A program made the position numbers and the translations under genes. A stretch of DNA of 64,000 bases from a virus (Duplodnaviria; Caudoviricetes): IMG/VR virus record IMGVR_UViG_3300033121_001571; one strand, written 5' to 3'. Below are positions 27,501 to 36,373 of the stretch, in pieces. Under the pieces are notes generated by a model. It searched no databases. It had not been told where the DNA came from and was given only the letters and a program-made list of their open reading frames with translations. Numbering within the stretch: the stretch's first letter is position 1; each line of letters starts with the position of its first letter.

Positions 27501-28552
27501 GAATCAAATGTCTCAAATGCATCTAACGTTCCAACGATCTTCTCAAGTTCTACACCCAACTTTCTAGCAAACACAGACGCTTCAGATATCTGTTTGACAG
27601 TAGCGCCGGCGAAGTGTTTAACATCAACAAGCGCTTTGGCTACATCTTTACCAATAATCTTTGAATCCATAGCAAAGGCTTTACCCATCTCAAGAGCATA
27701 CTTTGCTGTGTCTTTCATAACGTCTGCAAGTTTATCTCCAGCTACGAGTGCTCTTTGAGCAAATGCAGCCATCTGATCATCAGCGACTCCAAGGCCCTTT
27801 TGATATGCTAAGATCGCTCCGCCGTTAGATTGTAGTTCTTTAGTGAGTCTCTGAAATGAAGCACCCATAGCGACAGCAAGTTTTGTAAATGCTTCAATTC
27901 TCTCAGCTAGATTTCCAAAGACTCTCCAAGCCGACAAACCCGTGTCTGAGAACCCTTTTAGGGTCGTAGACATCTCAATTACTGTCTTTGGCGTGGGACC
28001 AGTCAGAGCACCAAACTCTTTTCTTAAGTGTTCAAGAGCTAGTGCTAATTCATTCATACCGCCACCTGCAGCAGCTGCCATATCGACAAGACCTGTAAAG
28101 ATCTTAAGCGGAATTGCTATGATAGCAGCTCCAACGTTAAACAAACCACCCGCGAAACTAGACAAAAAGCTAAGTGAAGATTTGCTTATTGCAACAATGT
28201 TTCGAAATCCCTGGTATAACCCCGACAGCGCGCCAACTGACAAAGCTGCTGCTACGGGGAATTTCTTTTCTAATTGAGTTGAAACTTTTTTGAATTGGTC
28301 TTGTGCCGTCTTAGTTACAGAGCTAGTGTCTTCTATAGATTTTTTCAGTTTTTCAAGATTGATATCATTTAACTCTTCTGCTGATTTTTTCTGCTTGGAA
28401 AAATCAACTTTTTGAGCTGCAGATGCTAATTTCTCCATCAAAGAAATCTGAGTCTCAAGAGATTTCTCAAGTTTCTCTGAAGCTTTTGTAACAGCTTCTA
28501 TTGTTTCATTGAGTTTTTCTGCAAACTCTAACTGAGACTTATCAACAGCCAC
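24554..28552 (-). CDS. Tail tape measure protein
   Basis: 1332 aa, helical and Ala/Gly/Lys-rich, with periodic aromatic repeats; lies downstream of tube and chaperone. Confidence 0.88.
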   Translation of the reverse strand: MAVDKSQLEFAEKLNETIEAVTKASEKLEKSLETQISLMEKLASAAQKVDFSKQKKSAEELNDINLEKLKKSIEDTSSVTKTAQDQFKKVSTQLEKKFPVAAALSVGALSGLYQGFRNIVAISKSSLSFLSSFAGGLFNVGAAIIAIPLKIFTGLVDMAAAAGGGMNELALALEHLRKEFGALTGPTPKTVIEMSTTLKGFSDTGLSAWRVFGNLAERIEAFTKLAVAMGASFQRLTKELQSNGGAILAYQKGLGVADDQMAAFAQRALVAGDKLADVMKDTAKYALEMGKAFAMDSKIIGKDVAKALVDVKHFAGATVKQISEASVFARKLGVELEKIVGTLDAFETFDSAAENAAKLSQAFGVQVDAFKLMEAQDPASQVDSLRKAFLSAGKSAENMSRQELKLLSQTTGLDEATARMAFSLKNQGLSLDEVKKKGGDAEKKTLTQAEAMSKLADNIERLVKPGATQTGGFFDMFIKGILGGIQSSREFREIIYNIKRGLQVVYMEGVKLGRMFVQTFPGMKDFLGGIADFFKPDKFRKLASGVTDAIVKFFKDLSEGKASLPELMNQLRSKFFTFFDASSSSGARIVNGFKTMFKALANITAQGIKWVADSAAKGMNFLADLINDPSAAIAKLKSGSKGAGFVLDAFGPIAKSLEGAWKVLWPAAKNLFSVVAGKIFNYLKSEEFLNMIRPALPFLATALFGPVLSKALLTALTSAIVKYIPTLGTKVFELVSGGFTQAVEASGAKSMSKFGGALGKIGIAAAIAGVAVETSKAMEKYQKTLTEKFGETEAKVGVLSLGIINTLTFGLLPPSFQQTIASKASELSKQLFDGMTSALGKNFTGRFKEYLSAEIDLVASVGQFIRDLFSGDTDKMADSIAAIGKNLVNTVKKGIEFAIDSIPLLIATGVKFAFEFMSKFYSVISKVLKKGEDIPVFGKLFKLLSKIYDFAGDVMKKLGEFTAKIVSAFKEQGVLKIISSAFDSLWASIKAGFNAVVSFFNSAVNLLTWPFKKAYEGIVAIWSTMETFFNDKVIAPLQKIFTKIKESISTSFSSAWDSIKGVWSKASDWFSGIIDKIKNVFVGDDGIVATVKSTFKKAFDAIKDVFSIKAISEVFSNVVDAIGKKLNELLDIPVFKDLIKVAKKVFDIHSPSKVFEDIGQNVTAGFEKGVENMPEVLTKKINNALVKANSMAAGAAKQGAAMPLNKTADALKSGGIATALGAVEEMVKRVNDLDTALAAGSKIDIPARLEAVAKGIGIGKTGVYKVTNKAVVVNVNFQISMNVDEVEKVMILRKESIVRDRLNFLTDQSKPAQAPLPDNRNSPVPPITLGPQ

Positions 28553-28591
28553 GACTTGCTATAGGTATGAACGCATTCAGTTAGATTTAGA

Positions 28592-28870
28592 TCACAATGG
28601 CCAAGGTATACCCAAAATACGTTCAAACTCTCTAGCAGAGGCGTTTTTAAGATTTAACTTGTGCAACACGCTATCAACTGTAGCTCCAGGTCTGTTTAAT
28701 TCATCCTGAAATCTTTTTGAATTTAACATAGCTCTTGCAACAGCATCAACTTCTTCTGGCGTACCTTTGACTTTGACGTTGACCATCTTGCCAAGCAACC
28801 AGGCAGCTACAGACGCAAAAAAAATCTTTCCAATAAGATTCAATCTTAATTCATTTATTTGTTGCGACAC
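28592..28870 (-). CDS. Hypothetical virion-module protein
   Basis: ORF with ATATTTA 4 nt upstream of GTG. Confidence 0.7.
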   Translation of the reverse strand: MSQQINELRLNLIGKIFFASVAAWLLGKMVNVKVKGTPEEVDAVARAMLNSKRFQDELNRPGATVDSVLHKLNLKNASAREFERILGIPWPL

Positions 28871-28913
28871 AACGTAAATATGGACATGTCATCTATAATC
28901 ATAGATAGAGTTC

Positions 28914-29183
28914 TTGAACATTCTTAAACCGGGTTCTCTAATCTTGCTAAAGTGCTATTGTAACACAAAAGAAACAAAATCACACTATCACAAATTATTA
29001 GATCCAATCAATTTACAAAACATATTTGTTCCTATGAACTTTCCTTTGTTTTTTTTGAACATAGAAAGCACCAATAACAGTATGTCTATATTGAAAGGAC
29101 TAGAGATAATAAGCGTCTACTACAACAATACCTTACAAAAGTTGTTGTTGACAAAAAATTACAACTACGTATTGATCACGTAA
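28914..29183 (+). CDS. Hypothetical protein, very AT-rich
   Basis: Opposite-strand ORF filling the gap. Confidence 0.45.
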   Translation: MNILKPGSLILLKCYCNTKETKSHYHKLLDPINLQNIFVPMNFPLFFLNIESTNNSMSILKGLEIISVYYNNTLQKLLLTKNYNYVLIT

Positions 29184-29445
29184 ATCTTCTAAGTCTTGCA
29201 GGCGTCTTGTCTCTGGTCATATTTTGTAATGATCTAGTTGTTGGATCATTGTGATGTAAAGCTCTAGAACGAGCGTCTCCGCCTTCAGTTGATTTTTCTA
29301 ATTCTTTATTGACTCTCTCTATAAAGAATTTCTTGTATGCAACAGGCAAAGTCATAGCTTCAGTGAACGAAAATCCCATATAGTACATCAATAAAAACGT
29401 AGGCTCTAAAACTACAATCTCTTTGTCAGCTTGACTGAGGCCAAA
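29176..29445 (-). CDS. Tail assembly chaperone extension (gpGT-like), probably reached by a +1 frameshift
   Basis: The +1 frame overlaps the end of the chaperone: FGLSQADKEIVVLEPTFLLMYYMGFSFTEAMTLPVAYKKFFIER. Confidence 0.65.
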   Translation of the reverse strand, partial: FGLSQADKEIVVLEPTFLLMYYMGFSFTEAMTLPVAYKKFFIERVNKELEKSTEGGDARSRALHHNDPTTRSLQNMTRDKTPARLRRFT

Positions 29446-30289
29446 GAAACGATGGACCGATCGGAATCGATACCTCCTCTTCGGCTTCACAGCTTGGACA
29501 CACTGAATTTTGTGACATAACAATACCAGGTTCGTTATTTCGAATATAACTTCGAAGTGATAGAGAATCTCTAGCAGGCATAACTTGAATAAATCTTCCT
29601 ATAGCTGCTTTGTCAGTCACAGAATCAATTGCAATTATGTTTTGATGAAGCATTGATGTAACATGTGACTCGCTTGGAAGACCAAGTTTCTTCTGCTTTT
29701 CTTTTGTCTGTGAAGCTTCTTCTTCATCTCTTCCAGTCAAAAACTTAAACTTGACTACTTTTTTCGTAAGTGGAAGAGTGACTTCAAATAGATTTTTTCC
29801 TTCCTCTAACGGATTTATAGTTAATCTCTTGATCTCAAGTTCTTTCAAATCAAATAATCTCTTAGTCTTTGCTTCACACTTACTGCACTCAACTTCTGCT
29901 TCATAGTCTGAACCGTAACCTGTCACTCTAATTGCTACCATAAGAGCAGCGCGGTCACCAACTAAAAGATCTGCGGGATTCACAGTTTTATCAAGTATAC
30001 ATGACTTCAATAACTCAGAAATCGTAGTACCTTTCTTCATAAAAGCTGTAGAGGTCAAGATGTCTTCCTCTTTCGCAGTCATTACTTTAATCTCAATAGA
30101 GTCTTTCATGTAGAAAGGAGAACCAACTGGATACACCAGACCATTTGACGGAAGAGGGACAATTTCAATTGGAACAGAATAAGAAAATTCTGCCTTAGCT
30201 CTGTCAGCTAAAGACATAGCTGGAATACCTTGCACTTGCTGTGGCGTTGTCTGAGAGAACACTGAGTTCTTTGACTCTCTATCGTCCAT
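29426..30289 (-). CDS. Tail/baseplate assembly chaperone (T4 gp26/gp51-like, with CxxC pairs)
   Basis: VPLPSNGLVY, MTAKEEDIL, LLVGDR..L..IRVTGYG.DY, CSKC, CPSC, and terminal FLWP. Confidence 0.8.
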   Translation of the reverse strand: MDDRESKNSVFSQTTPQQVQGIPAMSLADRAKAEFSYSVPIEIVPLPSNGLVYPVGSPFYMKDSIEIKVMTAKEEDILTSTAFMKKGTTISELLKSCILDKTVNPADLLVGDRAALMVAIRVTGYGSDYEAEVECSKCEAKTKRLFDLKELEIKRLTINPLEEGKNLFEVTLPLTKKVVKFKFLTGRDEEEASQTKEKQKKLGLPSESHVTSMLHQNIIAIDSVTDKAAIGRFIQVMPARDSLSLRSYIRNNEPGIVMSQNSVCPSCEAEEEVSIPIGPSFLWPQSS

Positions 30290-30328
30290 GAGTATTATTT
30301 ACCTATTACTTTTTTTATCTACACAAAT

Positions 30329-30535
30329 TTATGCAACTGGAATGACATTGTACTTTACATTGAAAGTCCAGTTGTTGTCTACGAATTGTTCAATCTGTTT
30401 TTCTGAAATGTTAAACACACTCAATATAAACTCCCACTTTTCTTGATACTCTTCTATTTCTATAGAACCCAAAACAAGATCATAGTCTAACCGCTCCTGC
30501 AAAAAGAAAACACTTGTGAGGTTGTACAAAAACAC
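30329..30535 (-). CDS. Hypothetical protein
   Basis: ORF abutting the upstream gene. Confidence 0.45.
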   Translation of the reverse strand: MFLYNLTSVFFLQERLDYDLVLGSIEIEEYQEKWEFILSVFNISEKQIEQFVDNNWTFNVKYNVIPVA

Positions 30536-30885
30536 TAGAAAGGCTGAGGTTCTTGCAAATTTGCATTTGCAACATTCAGATCTTGTTCTGTTGACAAGAT
30601 ATAAGCTTCTACGCTTGGATCAAGACCCAGTTCTACAAGGTCTTTTCTAGATGCGAGACTCAACTCTCCGTCAGCAACTAAATGTTCTAAGAATTTTCTA
30701 GTAGTGTTTATGCTATAACCAATCTCAACAGCGATAGGTCCTATCAAGACTGGTCCACCATCGCGATGCAACAGTCTCATTATCTTATTTCTAACTGATG
30801 GAGGCGGTTGTTGACTCACTCTTGAATTCAACACGCTGGGATCAATACCAGACTTTGTGCCCCAAACTTTGAAGATCTTTGGCAT
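30535..30885 (-). CDS. Putative winged-helix DNA-binding protein
   Basis: IMRLL...IAVEIGYSINTTRKFLEHLVADGEL fits a wHTH pattern. Confidence 0.6.
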   Translation of the reverse strand: MPKIFKVWGTKSGIDPSVLNSRVSQQPPPSVRNKIMRLLHRDGGPVLIGPIAVEIGYSINTTRKFLEHLVADGELSLASRKDLVELGLDPSVEAYILSTEQDLNVANANLQEPQPF

Positions 30886-30888
30886 CTG

Positions 30889-31104
30889 TTAACTCTCAGT
30901 TTTATCAAGGTATTTCATCAAGTTTGTCATATATGACAAACAAGACGTTGCTGTCACGTAAACTTTATCTGCAGTCGAACCTGCAGTAGTACTAGTGATT
31001 TTTCTCAAACTCGTTAAAGCAGATATTGCTTTTTTTGCAAATTCAATTGCAAGCTTTCGTCTTTCAGCAAGTGGGATATTGCTATAATCAGTATTATCTT
31101 CCAT
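30889..31104 (-). CDS. Hypothetical protein
   Basis: ORF with ATACTTA 8 nt upstream. Confidence 0.6.
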   Translation of the reverse strand: MEDNTDYSNIPLAERRKLAIEFAKKAISALTSLRKITSTTAGSTADKVYVTATSCLSYMTNLMKYLDKTES

Positions 31105-31157
31105 CGCTTCTTTAAGTATCAGCTTGATTTCTTAGTATCAACTATTGAAAATCAATC

Positions 31158-31394
31158 TTATTCAACTTGTTGTAATGTAGACATGTGTACTGTAAACCTG
31201 TGATAGTTAACTTTATCGTCAGTGCGCTTGACTACAACAAGGCTAGGATAACGAAGTCCAAGCCATCGAACATAGGTTACAGGAATTTTCCGACCAGTTG
31301 TTGGACTAGTGTAGATGAATTTGGTACCACGTTCAAATGGTTCCATTAAAGATTCTTTAATCAGATAGACTAGTTGTTTCTTGGTGATTTTCAT
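31158..31394 (-). CDS. Small protein with the shared N-terminal leader (MKITKKQLVYLIKE)
   Basis: ORF track; leader motif. Confidence 0.7.
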   Translation of the reverse strand: MKITKKQLVYLIKESLMEPFERGTKFIYTSPTTGRKIPVTYVRWLGLRYPSLVVVKRTDDKVNYHRFTVHMSTLQQVE

Positions 31395-31598
31395 TGAGAG
31401 CTGCCACTATAACTAGTTATGCGAAACAAGTCGCAATCAAAATGATCAACGTAAATGTACTCTGTTTGCTGTTGTTCCTAAAACAGTTTCTACAGCAATC
31501 TCTATATCACTTAGTTTTTCTAATATCTCTTTGACTTACTGAGTGACCATATCACGTTTTTCTTCTTTGGTCTTGTTTCTAATGTCATCTTTGAGCAT
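31391..31598 (-). pseudogene. Probable disrupted small ORF (in-frame TAA plus frameshift)
   Basis: Reads MLKDDIRNKTKEEKRDMVTQ*VKEILEKLSDIEIAVETVLG.... A second frame, QTEYIYVDHFDCDLFRITSYSGSSQ, ends in an ATGA overlap with the next gene. Confidence 0.4.
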
Positions 31599-31605
31599 GA
31601 CTCTT

Positions 31606-32124
31606 TTAAGTATCCAAGTTATCTCTAAGTATTGATAGTAAGTGATCGTACTCAAGTGTCTCTGCGTAACCGTCACCGGTAAATGTACGTATGTCAACAA
31701 CAACAACGCTTGCGTACCAAGATTTGATCAGTTTAAACATGACATCAGTTAACACTGTATACACCATATCATCAATCACAAATTTTTTGTCTTTTTTAAT
31801 TTGGGGTTTAACTTTGTCAGGATCAAAGTTTCCAATCACTACGATGTTTTCAGCATTATCAATGTACAGATTAGAAACATCTTCTTCTGTAACATACCAC
31901 TCTTCTTGATCAACATTTTCAATTTTTTCTGAACTAAAATCAGTCAATACAACATTAACATATATTTCAGTGTTTACGTCATCGTTGTCATATGGATGAA
32001 CCGTGATACTGCTTCCGTCATGATCAACTCTAAAGACAACATACTTTCGATCAAACTTCTGTCGAGCATGATCAAAAACAATGATTTTGTGTAATAAGTC
32101 TTTTGTCGCTTTGAGATGAGGCAT
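31606..32124 (-). CDS. Hypothetical protein
   Basis: 172-aa ORF directly after the tube gene. Confidence 0.7.
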   Translation of the reverse strand: MPHLKATKDLLHKIIVFDHARQKFDRKYVVFRVDHDGSSITVHPYDNDDVNTEIYVNVVLTDFSSEKIENVDQEEWYVTEEDVSNLYIDNAENIVVIGNFDPDKVKPQIKKDKKFVIDDMVYTVLTDVMFKLIKSWYASVVVVDIRTFTGDGYAETLEYDHLLSILRDNLDT

Positions 32125-32127
32125 GGA

Positions 32128-32616
32128 TCAGAATTGCAAGATCCAAGCATCAGCTCTAAGCGTCAGCGAAATCTCTGTGAGTCCTTCATCTTCATACGAT
32201 AGATCACCAAAGTTTGCTTCAGTGATAAACGCTCCCTTTCCGTCCCAATATTCAACTACGGTACCAACAGGATCTAACATCTTAAGTGCAACGTCTCTCT
32301 TATAGAAGTCAGCGTAACCAGATCTTCCAGATACAACTTCAAAGTGAAGTCGAATCCATTCCATCACTTGCTGAGCACCAGAAGGTGCAATTGGATCGTG
32401 CAAAGTAACAGAGATGGTGTTGAACTTTGTTTTACCAGCGATATACCTGTGTGAGTTAATGAATGGAATCTCTAACTCACCAGTTGTAACAGTTGGCCTA
32501 GCTGCTGTTTTAAGCAAAAATGCATCGATACCCTCGATCATAAGCACCCACTGGTGCTTCTTCTTAGGGTGAAATTTGTTAGGCAACATTGATGCAACGT
32601 CGAGCGTCTCAGCCAT
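32128..32616 (-). CDS. Tail tube protein (T4 gp19-like)
   Basis: RYIAGK..F..ISVTLHDPI.PSGAQQVMEW, YADFYKRD, LKMLDPVG.VVE.W...GAFIT.ANFGDL. Confidence 0.92.
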   Translation of the reverse strand: MAETLDVASMLPNKFHPKKKHQWVLMIEGIDAFLLKTAARPTVTTGELEIPFINSHRYIAGKTKFNTISVTLHDPIAPSGAQQVMEWIRLHFEVVSGRSGYADFYKRDVALKMLDPVGTVVEYWDGKGAFITEANFGDLSYEDEGLTEISLTLRADAWILQF

Positions 32617-32726
32617 TTTCTTCTTCCTCGTTCACTAATTATCTATGATTTACAAAATCTCAACTTATTTGAAGGATTTGCAATCTTACTTCTGCCACTT
32701 CCCTACACTCACGTACGGTCTCTCAA

Positions 32727-32817
32727 GCCCACAGAGCCCACTAAGAATATTATTTAACTGACTTATTGTGGCAAATATGTCAAAATTCAAAGATTTTTCT
32801 AACAACACTCTGTGGGC
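32727..32817. repeat. Intergenic element copy 1 (AAATAATATTCT on the minus strand, inside a 10-bp inverted repeat)
   Basis: GCCCACAGAG 32727-32736 and CTCTGTGGGC 32808-32817; AGAATATTATTT at 32744-32755. Confidence 0.5.
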
Positions 32818-32834
32818 GGAAGGCATGTTACTGT

Positions 32835-33269
32835 TCACTTATCGATTGGTTCATTAATGATAATTTTCTCAAAAAAGCCAGCGATGATAGAAGAAAGTTC
32901 ACTTGCAAATATTCCACTCTTTGAAAGAATGTCATTAATTGCAGGTTGCACTAAAACTTCAACATCTTCAATTCTAGCTGGAACTTCTAAGGTTGAATCA
33001 ATTCCTAAAGATTGAAGTTTAGCTTCTAATTTTTCTGCAATATCATGTCTAAGATCACCCCCAACATAATCGCACAAAGCATCAACAACAACTTGTGAAA
33101 CTGCAATCCTCAAGTCTTCACAATATGCTTTCTTATCTTCTTCACTATTTCCCATCAACTCTGAAGTTGTGAAAAAAGTCTCAGATAGAGTGTTTTTCCC
33201 ACTTGCTTTCATCTCACTCAAAATGAGATTGCGAAGTTGTTTTGGGTTCAGTTTTACTACTTTGTTCAT
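32835..33269 (-). CDS. Protein with the shared N-terminal leader (VKLNPKQLRNLILSE)
   Basis: ORF track; leader motif. Confidence 0.7.
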   Translation of the reverse strand: MNKVVKLNPKQLRNLILSEMKASGKNTLSETFFTTSELMGNSEEDKKAYCEDLRIAVSQVVVDALCDYVGGDLRHDIAEKLEAKLQSLGIDSTLEVPARIEDVEVLVQPAINDILSKSGIFASELSSIIAGFFEKIIINEPIDK

Positions 33270-33280
33270 TGTTTACTCAA

Positions 33281-36200
33281 TTAGATTTGTGCTGCACCGT
33301 TCTGGACAACAAAGTCAAGCGATACGTACTCCAACGCTTTAACAGGTTTGACAATGATCTTACCTCTAAGAGTGTTGTTTTCGATATCAGTCTTGGTTGT
33401 AGTCGATGTATCAATCATAATCTTGTACTTGTCTATACCTGCAAGTGCTTGGATTCTATCAAGCTTTGGCTTGACTGCACTACTGAATTTTGCAAGTGTT
33501 GCTTCACGTGAAGGTTCAAACATTATTGTCTGCGCAATGTCACGAACCTGTCTACGAAGATCAATCATCAATCTTCTTACGTTGACCCTATCTAGAGCTG
33601 ATGCTGCAGCTTGAAGAGTCTTCTGTCCCCAAATCACTACACCACCAGCTGGGTTTCCTGTTGGAGATGAGTTACCTGGGAATGCAACTAGTGGATTGAT
33701 GTTAACATCATATAGATCATCCATGTTTGATTTTGACAATTTGACCTTAGCTTCAAGAGTTGAAACTAGAGCACCTCTTGTGAAACCAGCTGGTGCAAAC
33801 CATGGGTGACCAAGTTTGTCATTTAACGCAAGCGCTCCCAACACAACTGCCGAAGGTGGCACAACTAAGTTTGTGTTTGTGTTTGGATCTGTAAGAGTCA
33901 CGTCTGGAAAGTATGCTGCTGCAAAGTTTGAATCAAGCGCGCGGGAAGAGAAGTTATCAGCTATCTTCTTCACTGAAACTTGTGTTGAACTATCAGCAGC
34001 AATGATGTTTCCGTTGTCATCACAGTGCTCAACGTCCATCAAATAAAGAGCATCAAATCTCTCAGTTGTTGCAGCGGTCGCATAATCAGTAACTGCAGGA
34101 TTTCTTATTCCTGGAATTGCTAGAACTTGGATGTCTACGTTAGTGGTGTTCTTCATTATATCGATAGCTTTGGTGTAAGAACGGACGTTTGGTCCCAAGT
34201 TCTGTCCCCTGTTAGAGTCATCCATGTCTGCTTTGACAGCAGTATCATTGATGTTATACTCATTTCTATCGAAGATATTGACACCATCAAATCCACCTTG
34301 CAAGAAGAAGGTAAACTTTGCGTACCTTCTGTTAGCTTGTGTCAAATCGGTAGTTGCAAGTTTTCTTGTCTTTGTTGTTTCATTTGTGACAATGTTTCCA
34401 TCACGAACATAAGAAGCTGACATCCAAAGTGAGGAATCAGCAACACCAGTTGAAGCAGTCACAACCATGATATTCTCTAATGAGAATGCATTCAGACAGA
34501 ATCTATCAGCGTCTAAGATACCATTTGCCGCTGTGTCTGCAACACCGTTGTTATCACCAACAGCGAATGTCACAGAATCAGTGAGATGTTGTGGGAAGAA
34601 CATAGAGAATGCACTCAATGACTCATTCTGTAAAGTGCTTGCATTTGGCGTTGTCAATGAGACAATGTGTTCAAACTGAGCACCCCAGTAAAGAAGAGGA
34701 TTTGCAGCAAGCTTGTTGCCAGATCCTTGAGTGATATTTAATCTCAAAGGAACTGGTGGTGTCTGTGCTTTCTTCAACACAGAAGAAACAGCTGCTTGTG
34801 TCGTAGAAGGCGTTGCAAGCGGTGCAGAACCTGACGTAACTAAGTGTGAGACACCTCTAAATCCAAATGGCAGTGCAGTTGGATCTACTGAAGCATTGTC
34901 AACTAGAGAAGAAACTTCTACACGAACAATATTTGACTTGTTCTCATAGTTACCCTCAATGATCAGTCTTTGATTTGTTTCTGCTCTGTTAAAGTCAAAG
35001 AACGCATTTACATCACCAATTACTTTTGCGATGTATCTGTCTGACGAAGGATCAAGAGACAAAGCCCTGTGCTGCTCAATGTAGATTGGATTTGTGTCAC
35101 TGTCATCCCAATCTCTGATCACTAAGTCAAATGTTCCATACCTGTTCAATGGATCGCTAGAAGGAACGAGATTCTCAATTGAGAACTTGTATGCTTGTGC
35201 AACGCCAGAACCAGCGCTTAATGCGTGAAGTCTGAACAAGTTTATTGCTTGTCCACCAAACTTTTGTGAAGTAACCCACGGTGTCTTTGCATAAGAGAAT
35301 CTATCAGTCCAACTTTCATAGTTTGGAACTGTCGTGTTTCCTGTAGCTCTGCTCAGAGATCCAGTTGTTAAGAACGCAGATGACTCAACACCAACTTTTG
35401 CTGCTCTAGAACCACCAGATCCAGAAGTAGTGTGCAGTAAACCAGTTCCGGTAACGACCGCAACACTGTTGTGAATATCCCAGTGTGCATACAAGAAGTG
35501 TCCAGCTTGTTGAAGTTTGTAAGGATCTGTGTTCATAACCTTTGCAAAATAATTTGGTGACGTCATGTCAAAGGACGCAGTGATCACGTTTGGATACAAA
35601 AAATCTGTACCTTTGTGACCGTTTAACAACATGACAAAGTCTTGCTTTGAAACGTTATTTTCACTAAGTACAACAGCGCCCAAAAGTCCGCCAGATGCAA
35701 CAGAATCAGTTGCAACCATATCAGAACCAGGAACTGCGTTATTTCCTTCTGCGGAAGAAGAAAGTTTCAATATGACACCTGATGGTGCCATCACAATTCC
35801 TCTAACTATTGGTACAGACGCTGTAGTACCCGGAACTACGCCTGCTGCCCCTTGCAGACCAGCAGAGCTAAAGAACGTAGAACCTGCTGATTCAGACATA
35901 AATGCACCAAGAAAATATGTTCTACCAAGAACAGAGTTACTTCCAGAATTTGCATAAGTGTTTCCAAACAAGAAACCATCTGAAAATCTTGGCTGGTTTT
36001 CACCAACTGTGAAACCGGCATTTGTCACTGAACCGTCGCTGTTTCTTGTTTTACCGTTTCCAACGCCTAAGACTCTTACGTAAGTCACAGCGCCAGCGTT
36101 TCTAAGCCACTCATTGACAGCGATTGGACCAAATTTTGATCCATCAGTTTCACCAAACTTAGCATAAAAATCTTCAATCGAACCAAGCGTTAAAGGAACG

Positions 36201-36328
36201 AACGCTGGACCTTTGTTTGCAGTACCAATAACGCCAGCTGGAGTTCCAACTGGAGCTACAGACACTGGCCCAGATATATCGATTTCGTTGCTCGAAACTC
36301 CAGGTGAACCAAACTTAACTTGTGCCAT
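33281..36328 (-). CDS. Tail sheath protein, copy 1 (T4 gp18-like)
   Basis: SPGV...EID, GTANKGPAFVP, PWFAPAGFTRG, INPLVAFPG, VIWGQKTLQ..ASALDRVNVRRL. Confidence 0.95.
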   Translation of the reverse strand: MAQVKFGSPGVSSNEIDISGPVSVAPVGTPAGVIGTANKGPAFVPLTLGSIEDFYAKFGETDGSKFGPIAVNEWLRNAGAVTYVRVLGVGNGKTRNSDGSVTNAGFTVGENQPRFSDGFLFGNTYANSGSNSVLGRTYFLGAFMSESAGSTFFSSAGLQGAAGVVPGTTASVPIVRGIVMAPSGVILKLSSSAEGNNAVPGSDMVATDSVASGGLLGAVVLSENNVSKQDFVMLLNGHKGTDFLYPNVITASFDMTSPNYFAKVMNTDPYKLQQAGHFLYAHWDIHNSVAVVTGTGLLHTTSGSGGSRAAKVGVESSAFLTTGSLSRATGNTTVPNYESWTDRFSYAKTPWVTSQKFGGQAINLFRLHALSAGSGVAQAYKFSIENLVPSSDPLNRYGTFDLVIRDWDDSDTNPIYIEQHRALSLDPSSDRYIAKVIGDVNAFFDFNRAETNQRLIIEGNYENKSNIVRVEVSSLVDNASVDPTALPFGFRGVSHLVTSGSAPLATPSTTQAAVSSVLKKAQTPPVPLRLNITQGSGNKLAANPLLYWGAQFEHIVSLTTPNASTLQNESLSAFSMFFPQHLTDSVTFAVGDNNGVADTAANGILDADRFCLNAFSLENIMVVTASTGVADSSLWMSASYVRDGNIVTNETTKTRKLATTDLTQANRRYAKFTFFLQGGFDGVNIFDRNEYNINDTAVKADMDDSNRGQNLGPNVRSYTKAIDIMKNTTNVDIQVLAIPGIRNPAVTDYATAATTERFDALYLMDVEHCDDNGNIIAADSSTQVSVKKIADNFSSRALDSNFAAAYFPDVTLTDPNTNTNLVVPPSAVVLGALALNDKLGHPWFAPAGFTRGALVSTLEAKVKLSKSNMDDLYDVNINPLVAFPGNSSPTGNPAGGVVIWGQKTLQAAASALDRVNVRRLMIDLRRQVRDIAQTIMFEPSREATLAKFSSAVKPKLDRIQALAGIDKYKIMIDTSTTTKTDIENNTLRGKIIVKPVKALEYVSLDFVVQNGAAQI

Positions 36329-36373
36329 TATTCGTACCTTCGATGTCTAAGTATTTGATCATATCAAAAGTGA

